Under the pieces are notes generated by a model that was given only the letters and a program-made list of their open reading frames with translations, was not told the DNA's origin and made no database searches. The position numbers and the translations under genes were made by a program. A DNA stretch of 63,503 bases, the filler included, from Chiloscyllium plagiosum (Eukaryota): the NCBI RefSeq assembly GCF_004010195.1. It is 5 parts of one record of this genome, joined end to end, with 100 filler letters (N's around TTAATTAATTAA, not from the genome) between each part and the next. Parts side by side here need not be neighbours in the genome. Positions count along the whole stretch, not along the records: positions 17,006 to 43,430 come from NC_057712.1; positions 43,531 to 50,257 come from NC_057712.1; 3 more parts are not named here. One strand, written 5' to 3'. Below, one piece after another: positions 35,801 to 49,444 of this stretch. The number at the start of each line of letters is the position of its first letter. Positions within the stretch are counted from its first letter, which is position 1.

Positions 35801-38800
35801 CCTATAAGGATGGCTGATCTTGTAGTCTGCATACAAAATGAAAGGAAATGTCTCCTCATATGCTCCATCGACAGCACATTTCCCAATGCCCTCTGGTGGC
35901 TGATGCACTAATTGTGTCCATATGGGCGTGGCCATACGTGGAGCAGTTGATTAGCTCTGGGCTCAGATCTTCTGTCAGAGTCAGCCAAATAGGCCAGCAG
36001 CCCTCTCCCACCTCCACTTGTATCAGTTCAAAATGAGAGGAGGAGTTTCAGATCCGATAATTATTTGGTGAAGAAGGAAGAATGCAAATCAGTCTTCAAG
36101 TTTTATCCTTCTGGTGTGCACTATAAAAATCCACCCTGTACCCGAAATAATCTGTTTACATCCCAACTGTAGGAAGCATTTCTGAGGAAATACTAGGGGT
36201 CATGAGTTCAAGGTGAGAGGGGAAGAGTTCAAGGGAGAAACGCGTTGGAAGTTTTTAATGCAGAGGGTGCCTGGAACGCGTTGCCAATGGAGATGGTAGA
36301 GGCGGCCATGATAGCGTCATTTAAGATATATGTGGACAGATACATGAATGAGCAGGGATCAGAGGGATACAGATCCTTAGAAAATAGGAGATAGTTTAGA
36401 TAGAGGATCTGGATTGGCGCAGGCTTGGAGGGCCAAAGGGTCTGTTTCTATGCTGTAATTTTCTTTGATCTTTGAAGGGTCACCAGACCGGAAACATTAA
36501 CTCTGATTTCTCTCCACAGATGCTGCCAGACCGACTGAGCTTTTCCAACAATTTCTGTTTTTGTTTTCTAACGGTGGGAAGTCTGCTTTTAGCCTGCTGC
36601 TTCTGATAGACATTATCTTCTGCACTCATTTGGTTTAGAATATTGTATTTTGTGAGTTTTGTAACGCAAGAATTAATGCAATATGGAAGAAATTGTCATG
36701 TGGATTATTCTTCGATTTTATTTGTTTACTGAGCAAATTTTTTTTGCTATTAAATAAATACATTGTTTCTGACTTGTTGCAAACATTTCAACAGTAAATA
36801 AAAATAGTTTCTTATAGCTTTTCGCTGACTTCTGTGCTACACCAAATTGTGGAGAATAAACAAACTTTGCAGGGAAAGGAAAAGTAATGAATGTGAAATT
36901 GCAACATAAAATTTCCATCAGATTTGGCTAGATTCATTATGGAAAACTAAATACCGTATTCTGTTTCCTGAAATGCATGCATAAAATCTCCATTATAGAA
37001 TATGCATTTTGCACATATTCAGGATGATCTGCCTTCATAAGGCATGAAATTGTTAGATATGGAAAGATGAGAAAATCGACAAGCATACTTCATCAAGCAT
37101 CTTTCTCCACCTAATGTTTCTTAACACCTTAGAATATGAGACTTATTTTAATCACTGTAGAAGCAAAAATGATCAGAAATTTGAATCTCAGGCTTTTTAG
37201 TACTGGGTCCAATTCATAATCAATTATGACACTTGATTAACTGGCACCCAATTTTACTGGGACCTATAAAACAATTCCATTGGCATTATTGTATCATTCT
37301 GATTAGTTGCATTTATAACTCATTGAATATCTTAATCCTTACCAACATCAATTAGTTACATCGATGGTGAGATAGCAAGCTAACTTTTCGAATCTAGTTG
37401 CAGAGCTCTGATGAAGAGTCTTATAGATTCTAAAATATTAACTTGATTTTTCTCCATGAATGCTGTCTGACCCACTGTGATCTCCAGTATTTTTTGTTTT
37501 CAGCACAGATTCCAGCATCAGCAGTAATGTGCTGCTTCAACAAGTTGCATATCGGGCATTTTGTTTTAAACTTTATAAAGCACAATTTGCATCACTATCA
37601 AGTCTTCGGATTTGGAATAAAAATTATCTCTCATAAACACAACGCAACATCGTTGTGATTGGATGATTGCTTATAAAGGGCATCTGGAATGAGACTGCGG
37701 TGATAAACCTAAGGCTGTGAATTTTAGGGGAGCTAAATTTGAGAAGTTAAGTTGCCAACTGTTTGAGAAATGTAGTTCACTAAATATTAATAAGTCACAT
37801 ATTGTGGTGAACGAGCATGGAACAAGAAATAAAATGCTATAAACAGCTGAACGCACACCCACCTCTATCATTCAACCAACACTGATACACGATACAGTCA
37901 TTTAGTTCTCCATAAATGCTAACAGACCCTGAGGCTATTGCCATGATTGTGAAATACCTCTTCTGGCTTGAATATCTTTATACTTGTTTATTTAATGTAA
38001 TTCCGAATTTCCAGTGGAAACATTGTTTCATTAAATTCTGCTGAAAAACTGATATTGGTATTTTAGGCAATAAATCAAGTTGAAAGCAGAGTAAGATAAA
38101 ACTTTACATCCTCTAATTAGTCCTGATAACACCACATCAGTTATATTCCAAATGAGTAGTAATATTTTTCTTGGGTACTGTTCCAGTATTGCCACACTAA
38201 TGTAAAAACAATTGTTGCTGTGTTGGTTGATATTTGTTCTTGATTCTTAACACTAAATTCCTTTAAAAATACCTCTTAAAGGCAAATTTCTGGATTGTTG
38301 CCAAGTGGAATATATCCTTTGTATATTTTTCCATAGTTCATAAGATTGAATAAGAATATAATTTATGTATTTACATGGTGACTACAATGGTGATTTCTTT
38401 TGATCAATTTGAATCTATTTGATAGTCAAGAAACTTCTGTGCAGCTGATATTTTCGCTAAAAAGTAAAAAGTAATATGGTAATTGTTTGATAAAGGATAA
38501 TCACTTCCAAAGTATTCATGATATGTTGATATTAAAAGGAAGGAAAGTTAAACAAACACAGAGATTGTTAGAGAAACTCAGCAGGTTTGGCATCTTCTGT
38601 GGAGAGAGAAAAACAGAGTTAATGTTTTGAATCCAATCAGCTCTTCTTCAAAACAGGATAGTTTTGTTGACATTTTCACTGTGTTGTTCACAACTTAAGA
38701 ATGTACCAAGGTGCATAACAGCAAACAAATGACTTGTGCAGCATTGTCACTGTTGTAATCTAGGAAGATATAGCAGTAATTTTCTGAATGCTTAGTTAAT

Positions 38801-40069
38801 GGATAAATTTCAAAATTTGCTGGTAAATTTTAAAGTTTGTTGACATTGATGGTGAATTAATCAATTGTGCACCATCACAGTGTATAGTGTAATTGGTGTT
38901 CAAATCATAGAATTGCTTAAGCAGCCAAGTAATGATGGATTTGTTCAATGGCATCAAGAAGAAGGGTCTGAGAAGGCTCACTGGACCCAGAACATTAACT
39001 CTGATTTCTCTCCACAGATGCTGCCAGAACCGCTGACATTTTCTAGCAATTTCTGCTTTTGCCACAGAAGAAATGGATGCTGCCCACAGATCCTCGCAGG
39101 GTGGTCCTTCAGAAGACTGATACTGCCTGAAATGCAGAGCTGGAAGGGCTCAAAACAGCAAAGAAAGAAGGTGGCTCAATCCACATCAGTACTGAGAGAA
39201 GATTGGATGGGATCCAACTTGCTCTGGCAACTAAGCTGAACACCCAGTTATGCAACGTTATGGAAAGTCACCATGCCAATATTTCAACCTACACAATGTT
39301 CTCAATAGCTTGATGAAGTCAACAGATATTTTTCTGAAGCGGAGTCTTGTATAGTTGTGGGGTTGTTAAAAAGAACATTGAATCTTTGCAGGTTGGAAGG
39401 TAGACAAGTTTTAATACTTCAGAATTTAAAACAGATTCAATAGCTTGGCTCTATTACGTGCTTAGTGAAAAACAGCTTGGAATTTGCTTTTATTTCTTCA
39501 GCTGACAACAGTAAACAAATTATTATTAAATTTTCTGACTCTGTGTTAATGTTAATCAATACTCATTCTATTAATAAATAAGAAATGTCTAATTTTCTAC
39601 TAAACAGTATTTGCAGGCAAGCTCTTGAATCTGATTTTAAACTCTAATGGTAAACATACCTCACTGTAAAATGATTCATCCTTCAGGATTTGGAATCTGC
39701 CAAAAGGACCCCTAATATGGTTATTAAAGAACAATGCAAGTCAGATTCTTGCATTTGCTCTTGTGGATTTATTATTTGGATATTTGCAAATGAAGTCTTG
39801 CAAGTGCATAAAATTTGAAGAAAAGAAATTGCAAATGTGCAAATTTAGGTGATCAAGAGTAATGTATCCCCTATAAAAACTGACAACCAATACTACCAAT
39901 GAAACTGACAGACGTGCTGAATAATTACTTGTTGTCAGTATTTATAGCAGGGAAAAGTCAGCATGCCAGACAATCCAAGAAAACTAATATTTAATTAGGA
40001 TGAATGACTTCACCCAAATTGATGTCAGCAAAATCAGTTTTGAACAAAATAATGGCATGGAAGACTGAC

Positions 40070-41195
40070 AAATCTCCAAGGTCGGATAGCGTCCGTCTTG
40101 GGATTTAAAGTGGGTGGCTGGGAACACCATAGATTCTCAAGCTAAATACAATGGAATTTTCTCCATTCATGAAGTGTTCCCTTAATATCATAAACTAATG
40201 TATGTCATCTCCTTATTTAAGCAAGATGAGAGATGGAAACCAAGAACTAGTTGGCCTAATATTATTGTTGATAAATCACCAGGGTCCACAATTAAGGATA
40301 AGGTGACTGAACAGTTGAAAATTTTCAGGACTGCACAAACAGTCAGCATGGATTTTTAAAGTGGAATCTATACCTGATTAGTTTGATTGACATTTATCTT
40401 GGGGAGATTAAAGCAGTGGAGAAAGGAATTTTGGAGTATGTTATTTGCCAAATGTCTTCCAGAGGTCCATTTCTACATATGTTAAAATTCCCTCATTTCA
40501 AATTTTAAAAAATGTAATTAATCTGCCTTTGGAGAGGCAGGGATTAATCAAGAACAGTCAGTATGATTTCGTCACATCTGATCCATTTGACTGAATTGGT
40601 TGAAGAGGCAACCAAGAGTGTCGATGAGGGCGATGTTTTTGATGTAGTGTACTTGCACTTTAGTGAAACTTTTGATAAGGTCCTGCACGGGACAGTGACA
40701 ATAAAAGTAAAAGCCCATGTGATCCAAGGAAATCTGACAAATTGGATCCAGAATTAGCTGAGTGGCAAGGAGCAGAGGGTGATGTTTGAGCAGTGTTTGC
40801 TTGAATGGAAATCTGTGTCCACTGGGGATCAGTGTTGGGGCCAAGGATGGTTGTTATTTAGACTTGACTGGAGAAGGGTTGATCAGTAAGTTCGCAGATG
40901 ATACAGAAGTTGGTGGGGTGGTAAATAATGAGGAGCATAGAATACAGAATACAGGAAAATGTAGGCTCATTCTAGGCTCATGAGACTGGCTATCATTAGC
41001 AACTGAAATTCAATCCGTACAATCCCACAAACAGCTATTGATAGTGTATCAATTGTACATTTTTAAAACTGAGATTAACAGGTTTTGGCCAAACCAATGT
41101 ATTAAGGAGCTAGGCTACAGATCAACCATGATCTCTCTGAGTTGTGGTATCAGCTTAAGAGGATAAATGGCCTACTTCTTTCCAATATGTTCCTA
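40070..41195 (+). mobile_element. Old CR1 ORF2 (RT) fragments
   Basis: VDEGDVFDVVYLHFSETFDKVLHG and ISKFADDT motifs in ORFs 40563-40757 and 40786-40983. Confidence 0.75.
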
Positions 41196-42947
41196 TCTAT
41201 CCACAATTTAGTCAAGAAATTGTGTCCTCAGAGACAATTTACAGATGAATCAATCTGGTAGGCTGTGTGTGTGGTTGAATGGGCCCAGACCTTGTATGAA
41301 GTATGCTTGAGTGTTTGCAAAGTGGTAAGCCTCAGTAGAAAGCACAAAGACACAAATGGTTGGAATAATTGAACTGGTGGAGCAGAAAGACAGTTCAGTT
41401 AAAGTGATGAGAAATCAATTGGTCTGAATTTTCCACTACATCTGGATTTTGCTTCCAAGTTTGTGAAGCTCATTAGCTGCAAATGTTATGCACTCTTGCT
41501 GGATTTCCAAATTCCCCTGTCATATCAGGTTTAGCGACTGTTCAGTTGCTTCAGAAATGTGAAGCATCATTTGAATGGCACATTTTCTGCCAAAATGCCT
41601 CCAGGAAAGTCACAGACTTTCCTATTTAGATTGGCAGTCATTCAATTCTGTAACAGAATTATGAACTCTTCCACATGCAGAAAAGGAAATCATTATCCAG
41701 TGTTTCTGGAGTATCTGATATCTCATCTTAATGGCTAACTTTTCTCCGTGGATTTTCATTTAGGACCCCATTTAATAACGAATACTTGTAGCTTTTATTA
41801 AACTAAGTTATCGACTGTTGGTTACCTGTTGAAATATTGCTCAATTTACCACAAACTAATTGTGAAGCTCAATAAAATGTATTAAGCAATCCAGAACGGG
41901 TTCTAAAGGGCATTGACCATTTCCCAGACAATGAGGCCAAGTTTAACTCCCAGTAAATTGAGGCAAGCAGGCAGTTGTGTGGGCTAAACATGTTTGCAGG
42001 CCTCAGTATAAGATCCAGGTTATTGTAATTGACGGGTTTAATTTACAAAGCTCCTTGCCAAAAGTGACAGCTGGCTGCAAGTGGTGGAGCAAGCAGATGC
42101 TGTTGAGGGTGGGGAGATGAGTCATAATGGGAGACACCAAAGCAAGAAAAAGGGCAAGAGTTTGCCATGCTCCAGAATTGCCTTTCTCTTTTTCTAGGGG
42201 TATTCCGGACATCATTTCAGGTTGGTTTTATGCAGCACACCTTCATCTGCTGTTTTATTTCAGTGGAGTATACTGGTTATTATTTTGAATTGATGAATAA
42301 TTCATCACATTGAGTCGTAGGGTCATAGAGATGTAGAGCAATGGAACAGACCCTTCGGTCCAACTCGTCCATGCCGACCAGATATTCCAACCCAATCTAG
42401 ACCCACCTGCCAGCACCTGGCCCAAACCCTCCAAATCCTTTTTATTCATGTACCCATCCAGATGCCTTGATGGGTACATGAACAACGTGAACCAGTCTGA
42501 ACTCCCCCATTGTGGACACTGGAGTTATCAATGCAATATCACCAAATTTTGAAATCAAGTTCACACCAAAGTAATTGTGATATATAAATATGATGCATGA
42601 TTCATGCTGTGGCTTACAGTATTTATATCAGAAACAAACTGAGCCACTGTGTCAGTTGCATGTACTGTAGCCAGCATCTGTGAGTTTATTAAAATCTCTA
42701 AGTATCTATTCCGGATTCAGGCAAATACTTTTATCGGGGAAGCAAAACTGGTAGGCCTGGTTGTACAATGTGGCATCAATGAGATACTGTTGTACAAATG
42801 ATGCTTCCTTTCCCCCTTTGTAATGGAGCATGGGGACAGAATGAGACGGGAGAAAGATAATTATTTGCCTTCATTACTATGTGATGTTTTGACAAGAGTG
42901 CTGCTTCTTGGATGACTTCAATGTACAAAGGATGTTGCTAGTTAAAT

Positions 42948-43430
42948 AGAGTCATAGAGATGTACAGCATGGAAACAGACCCTTCAGTCCAATCCGTCCA
43001 TGCTGACCAGACATCCCAACCCAATCTAGTCCCACCTGCCAGCACCCAGCCCATATCCCTCCAAACCCTTCCTATTCATATACCCATCCAAATGCCTCTT
43101 AAATGTTGCAATTGTACCAGCCTCCACCACTTCCTCTGCTTATTCCATACACATACCACCCTCTGCATGAAAAGGTTGCCCCTTAGGTCTCTTTTATATC
43201 TTTCCCCTCTCACCCTAAACCTATGCCCTCTAGGTGTGGACTCCCCCAATCTTTGTCTATTTATCCTATCCATGCCCCTCACAATTTTGTAAACCTCTAT
43301 AAGGTCACCCCTCGGCCTCTGACGCTCCAGGGAAAACAGCCCTAGCCTGTTCAGCCTCTCCCTGTAGCTCAAATCCTCTAACCCTGGCAACCTCCTTGTA
43401 AATCTTTTCTGAACCCTTTCAAGTTTCACA
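42948..43430 (-). mobile_element. CR1 LINE 3' end
   Basis: ORF 43076-43429 (KLERVQKRFTR.LPGLEDLSYRERLNRLGLFSLE) plus 3'UTR. A second short 3' end lies at 42313-42465. Confidence 0.9.
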
Positions 43431-43530
43431 NNNNNNNNNNNNNNNNNNNNNNNNNNNNNNNNNNNNNNNNNNNNTTAATTAATTAANNNNNNNNNNNNNN
43501 NNNNNNNNNNNNNNNNNNNNNNNNNNNNNN

Positions 43531-43800
43531 GGTGCGGGGTTGTGGGACTATGAGGTTGGAGGCGGTGGATGGGAGATCCCCCGAGGTGATGAGGTTATGG
43601 ACGGTCTGGGAGATGATGGTTTGGTGGTGGGGGGTGGGGTCATGGTCAAGGGGGCAGTAGGAGGAGGTATCTGCGAGCTGGCGTTTGGCCTCAGCGGTGT
43701 AGAGGTCGGTGCGCCAAACTACTACCGCGCCTCCCTTGTCTGCTGGTTTGATAGTGAGGTTGGGGTTGCAACGGATTGAGTGGAGGGCTGCATGAAAGTG
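43531..43800 (-). mobile_element. Penelope-like element, N-terminal part of the RT domain
   Basis: NPNLTIKPADKGGAVVVWRTDLY..EA.RQL.D...Y..L..DPT contains the diagnostic DKG motif of Penelope-like RTs. The frame is open up to the gap. Confidence 0.9.
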
Positions 43801-44022
43801 AGCATACTTCTCTCTCTCTGCTCTCTCTCTCTTTCTTTCTCTCCAGGAAACATTTGCCCATTGTAATGACACCTCCCCAATGTTCTTTGGTTGGGGTTGC
43901 AACGGAGTGAGTGGAGGGCTGCATGAAAGTGAGCACACTTCTCTCTCTCTCTGCTCTCTCTCTCTTTCTTTCTCTCCAGGAAACATTTGCCCATTGTAAT
44001 GACACCTCCCCAATGTTCTTTG
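43757..44022. repeat. About 130-bp tandem duplication spanning a Penelope/flank junction
   Basis: GGTTGGGGTTGCAACGGA...CCCCAATGTTCTTTG occurs twice and includes a (CT)n tract. Confidence 0.85.
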
Positions 44023-44499
44023 ACAGTGTGGCCTGCAAGCCCAGTCTGATCTAGCAGGACACACTAGACACTAGCAGTTTACATTACATCAGGTACAGTT
44101 ACCAGACAGGAAGAAGGACTGAGCCTATGGTGTGTGTTAGCCTGCCTACCGGGGCTTACTCTCTCAGAGTACATCCACCTATTACCCATCAGATGCCTGC
44201 AGCATCCATGCCTTGCCTTTTAGTGGTAACTGGCACAGTCACACTACCATGTTCTGCGCGTCAGTCCTTAGACAAGACTGTGTACATCTTGTTGTATGTC
44301 ACTGTGTGCCATGAGACGTTTGCACCTGTACCATGCAGCTGTTCATGCCAAACACAATACATCAGCAGCATGTCTCAGAGGAGAGATGGGAGGAGGGGAG
44401 GACTCCACAGTGAGGTCCCTTGGGGGAACATATCCATCATTGCACTTTCTTAATGGCTGATCATCCTTCCTCAAGTAAAGAGATCAAACAGCACTAAAT

Positions 44500-45135
44500 G
44501 GTCCAGCATGGTCTTTCTAACGAACATCCTGTAAAGTTGTAGCAAAACATCCCTGCTCCTGTACTCGGATCCTCTCCCTATGAAAGCCAGCGTACCATGT
44601 GCCTTCTTAGCTGTGTGCTTATAGTGACTGCTGTTTGGGAACTCCCAGGTCTCATTGCACTTCTGCCTTTTCCAATCTATTGCCATAATAATCTGTCTGC
44701 TTGTTTTTGTGACCAGAGTGGGTTATCTCACATTCATCCACATTATACTGCATCTGCCAAGTGACTGCTCATTTCCTTAATGCTAAAACATCTCTGCATC
44801 CTCTTTATGGCTCACTTTCCCACCCAAATTTGGGACATCTGCAAGCTGGGGAGTCCAAAACTAGAGGGTAGAGGTTCAGGGTGAGCAGGGAAAGATTTAA
44901 AAGGGACCTGGAGAGGCAACTTTTCCACACAGAGGGTGGTACATGTATGGAATGAGCTGCCAGAGGAAGTGGTGGAGGCTGGTATAATTACAACATTTAA
45001 AAGCATCCGGATGGGTATATGAGTAGGAAAGGTTTAGAGGGATAGCTGCCAAATGCTAGCAAATGGGACTAGGTTAATTTACAATATCTAGTCAGCGTGG
45101 ATCAATTGGACCACTGTACATCTCTAACACTCTAT
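44500..45135. mobile_element. CR1 fragments in opposite orientations
   Basis: Minus-strand piece (ORF 44471-44686, KKAHGTLAFIGRG.EYRSRDVLLQLY) abuts a plus-strand 3' end from about 44845. Confidence 0.75.
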
Positions 45136-48100
45136 CTGGAACGTAGTTTCCTTATCTAAATCATTAATGCGTATATAGTGTGAATATCCTACCTGCTTTC
45201 CCACATGGTAGAAGTCTCCTAGCAGCTGGTAAAATGCCTATGGAAAAGGAAAGAGATTTTTCATGGGCTACTAGAGTGTCTGGGATGGATTAAGTAAAGA
45301 AGCCATCTGCTAGCTTTCCAGCCTCAGGCAAAATGGCATAGCACCAGGTAGATGATGGGCACCCTCTTCCACTCCTCCTACTTCCCTGCCGATCCCCAAA
45401 GGATACATTCACTCTATTATTTCGAGATGTACACACCAAGCTGTAATTTTAGATGCACAGTCTTTGTTTACCCAAAATATATTTTTTTAAAAACTGCAAT
45501 AAATGATGCATTTATCTGACTAATAAGTTCCATCAAAACCACAGCTTGCAAATTCGATAGTTATGGTTTTTTTTAAATATGCTAAATTAATTTTGCTAGT
45601 TCAAGGGGATGTCCCGGGAAAAAGTTATGAACTTCGAACGTTTTAATTTCTTTTTCACATCTGACAAGCCATGTGAGCAAAGCCTTGGTTTTAGTTCAGA
45701 AACAGAACAAGTAGCCCCAGCATCCATGAAGATTAGAAATTAAAACATAGGCGTCCAAAACAAAATGGGAAACACAGCAGACAGCAGACAGAAATTCACT
45801 GTCAGAATTGAAAGAACGAGAACAAAAACTAGAGGAAAGTAATGGGCAGTCGGGCCAATGTGACTGTTAACAACAGAGTAGGCCTAGTAGCCAAAAATAT
45901 ACTGATAGCTTATCATATTCAATCAGAGTTCCCATTATTGGAGATCTGAGTGCAAAAGTAGAGTAGGGCGGAGATGAGGCACCGTCAACCGTCTGAATGG
46001 TAAAGCCCAAGGTGCACTGGTTACTGGATCTCAGGTTTAAATTCCTTCAGATACCTGCTTAGACATCAACAGTTTACCCATAAGATAGAATGGATATTTG
46101 CACGGCTGCCATCAAAACAGACCGCTCTTGGAAGTGGCTAAAGGAGATCGGCAGCTATGTTTGTGATTCACTCAAACCAGAAATAGAACACAGGGTAGAC
46201 AGAGGTGAACTTGAATAGGGAATGCTTAATTGTACGTTGTCTCAGCTCCACAGTCGGTCTCAGGCTGCCCCTCTGGCTCCTGCCTCCTGCTCACCTGGCC
46301 TGCACCCGTAAAGGGTTGGCACATATCCAACTACATAAATAACCGCGACCAAGAAGGGAATCTTTGAGTTGGAACCAATGCTGTTGTTCCTCCTGGCAAC
46401 ATACTTCGGTGAAGATATTTTAAAACCTTAGCTTACTGTTTGTGATCTAAACCTGAATTTCCTCACTGACTGCAAGGATAAATTAGCTTTGCAGTGTGGA
46501 CTACAAATGCTATCCTCCCAACCAGGTTTGTGGGTGCTAAGGCAAGTAAGTCAGGCCCCTACAAGGTGAGTGGGGCTGGGGGGGAGCAGAAATGTTACTA
46601 CCGTAATTTCATGTTACATTTCAAATGTTACATCTCAAATAAGTCACAAGTGCTGTACTTGCGTATATAAAGCTTCAACATGTGTTTTAAGTGTAGGTTT
46701 TGCACACTGGTTTGTTTGATGCTTGGCATATTTCCATCTTGTAATGAATCTGTGCTTGATCTGTGCCATATTGGAAGTTTCAAAGCCTGTATAATTAGTG
46801 TTAGAGTTCAGGTGCGAGAACACAGCTGGATTTTAGCAGCCTTTTGGGCTGGAAGGTGTGGTGGGGAAGCATGTTAAAAAAATGAGGGAAAGGCGGGGTG
46901 AGTAGGAGTATCCATCATCCTCCAACGGTCATGCCATTTTACCTGCACTCATACTCAGAAGATAAAGCGCACTATTTAATGGCCAATTAACCACTGCGAC
47001 TTGTTTTTTTACCAAATATGGTGGGTGCTGTACCACATGAGAGGTTGCCCAATGTCATTTCTGTGAATGGACGCTTTCACTGGGCACTCGTTAAGACAAA
47101 GACAGTGACATTCACTCTCCTCATCCCTTCCTCCCCACTCAGGCCTGACTTCCTTACCTCAGCACCCACTAACCTGGTTGGGAGGGCAGCATTCTTCCAC
47201 AGCGTCCTTCTCTCCCAGGTGCAGTCCCAGCAGTGGCCACTACTCCTAGTGGCGCTGCTGAGATGCTGACGGCTTGTAGCTCCTGGGGGTGAGTTGCCTC
47301 CCGATAAAGGAATAAAGTTAAAAATCACACAACACCAGGTTATAGTCCAACAGGTTTAATTGGAAGCACACTAGCTTTCGGAGCGACGTTCCTTCATCAG
47401 CAAAGCCGAGACCTGGAAGCAAGTTGCAGGCTGGAGCTTGGAGCAGGGAACAGAGTGACCGCAGCCACAACCCAGAAGTGAGTCCTGCGCTGGAGCCCAG
47501 AGTGGGGAGCACAGCGAGCACAGGCCAAGCTGGGAGCTGAGTCACAGCCAGACCAGAGAGCAGGGAGCATAGTTAGCATGGGCCGAGCTGGGAGCTGAGT
47601 CATGTCCCTCATGATTTGATAAGTCTGTATAAGGTCACCCCTCAGTCTCGGACACTCCAGAGAAAATAGCCCCATCTTATTCAGCCTCTCCCTATGGGAC
47701 TAGATTAATTTGGTTGACATGGATAGGTTGAACCGAAGGGTCTGTTTCCATGCTGTACACCTCTGTGACTCCAGTCCACTCCGCCCACAGTTCCATTGTC
47801 AGGAATCGTGACCATAGACTCAGTTAAATGAAAATTAATCTATCTTCAAGACATGATATTACTTGATATTAACTTGATATTATTTCTATTAATAACTTGT
47901 TTAATGTACTGATATTTGATGCAACATACAATATGAATGTTAGGTAATAGACTGATAGTGCTATTAATTTTCTACATGATACCTTACCACAAACATTCAC
48001 AGCAATTTCACCTCCTGGCAAACAGCCAATGGCCACAACAGGTTAATGTGAGTGACACTGTCAAATGTTCACAGATGCTGCCAGATCTCCTGAGTATTTT

Positions 48101-49140
48101 CAGTAAATCTGCTTTATCGTTTTAGCTGAAATGTTTTCAAGCTATCTTAACAAACGGAATGCACAGATCAGCACTGGACAGTTAAAAAAAAATAACACAG
48201 ACAGAAACATAAATTGCTGGAGAACCTCAGCAGGTCAGGCAACATTAATGGAGAGAAGATAGTGTTCACATTTTGAGTTCAGTGATCCTTTATCAGAACT
48301 GAATTGGACTGGTCACTGGACTTGAAATGTTAACTGTTTTTGCTCACAGATGCTGTCAGACCTTCTGAGTATCTCCAGTAACTTCTGTTTTTGTTTCAGC
48401 ATTCTCTGTTTTATTTCAGTTAAAGACAGGTATTGTTATGTCTTTTAGTAGTGTGATTATTGGAAAACTAATACTAATCAAACATGCAGAATAATTGATT
48501 AGTATTTCACAAACAAGGAAGGAATAAAGGAATAATAAAAACATTCTCTAATGTATATTGTGTGACGCTTATTTTCATTTGATGACCTTCCCTCAACACA
48601 GTGAGAATCTTAAACTCATTCTTGTGACTTTTGAGCAGTTGGTTCCACACAATGATGTCACTGCCACCTTCAATTTCCATCTCAAGCTTTACAACATTAC
48701 AGAATGTTTTCTGATGAACATTATTCACCAAAAAAAGTACCATAACTTGTACTGATCAAAATATCATTTTGCCACAGTTCAACAAATGATACTCAATTAC
48801 CAATTATTTCTGAAAATATTAAGTCTCCATCAGCTACATGTGTTGTTTTCACTCAAGGATGTTAATTTTGACTCTGGGTCAGACTATATTATAGGTGATA
48901 CTCATTCAACTGCTCAATATATATCTTTCCAGATTCCCCATTATATTAACCCAAAGTCAAATGACCCAAAAGTGAACTAAAACTAATGAAGATAACATTC
49001 AACACTCAGTTTTTAATGGAGAAAAGCAAAAGACTAAAGGGATATACAGCATTAGGACCATTTTACCATTTACTATTTTAGTTCCCCATTCTGCAAGTTC
49101 TCTTCCAAGCCATTATCCGTCCTGATTTGGAAATATATTT

Positions 49141-49444
49141 GGGTGGCACAGTGGTTAGCACTGCTGCCTCACAGCGCCAGAGACCTGGGTTCAATTCCCG
49201 ACTCAGGCGACTGACTGTGTGGAGTTTGCACATTCTCCCCGTGTCTGCGTGGGTTTCTTCCAGGTGCTCCGGTTTCCTCCCACAGTCCAAAAATGTTCAG
49301 GTTAGGTGAATTGGCCACGCTAAATTGCCCGTAGCGTTAGGTGTAGGGGAATGGGTCTGGGTGGGTGTGCTTCGGTGGGTCGATGTGGACTTGTTGGACC
49401 GAAGGGCCTGTTTCCACACTGTAAGTAATCTAATCTAATCTAAT
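49141..49444 (+). mobile_element. HE1 SINE, near full length
   Basis: tRNA head, V-domain and tail GAAGGGCCTGTTTCCACACTGTAAG(TAATC)n. Confidence 0.92.

Noticed and set aside
39660..39711. Possible 52-nt minus-strand exon (ag/GGGTCC...AGTGAG/gtatgt; GPFGRFQILKDESFYSE)
   Set aside because: Splice signals are plausible, but I do not recognise the peptide and found no partner exons. It would need RNA-seq or homology support.
45750..46400. Possible retroviral gag-like remnant starting MGNTADSRQ
   Set aside because: The frame closes after about 25 codons, and no capsid or zinc-knuckle motif or flanking LTR pair is visible.
49141..49215. tRNA gene
   Set aside because: The A/B boxes belong to the tRNA-derived head of an HE1 SINE that continues into the V-domain and tail. 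The same applies at 4635, 35464 and 52986.
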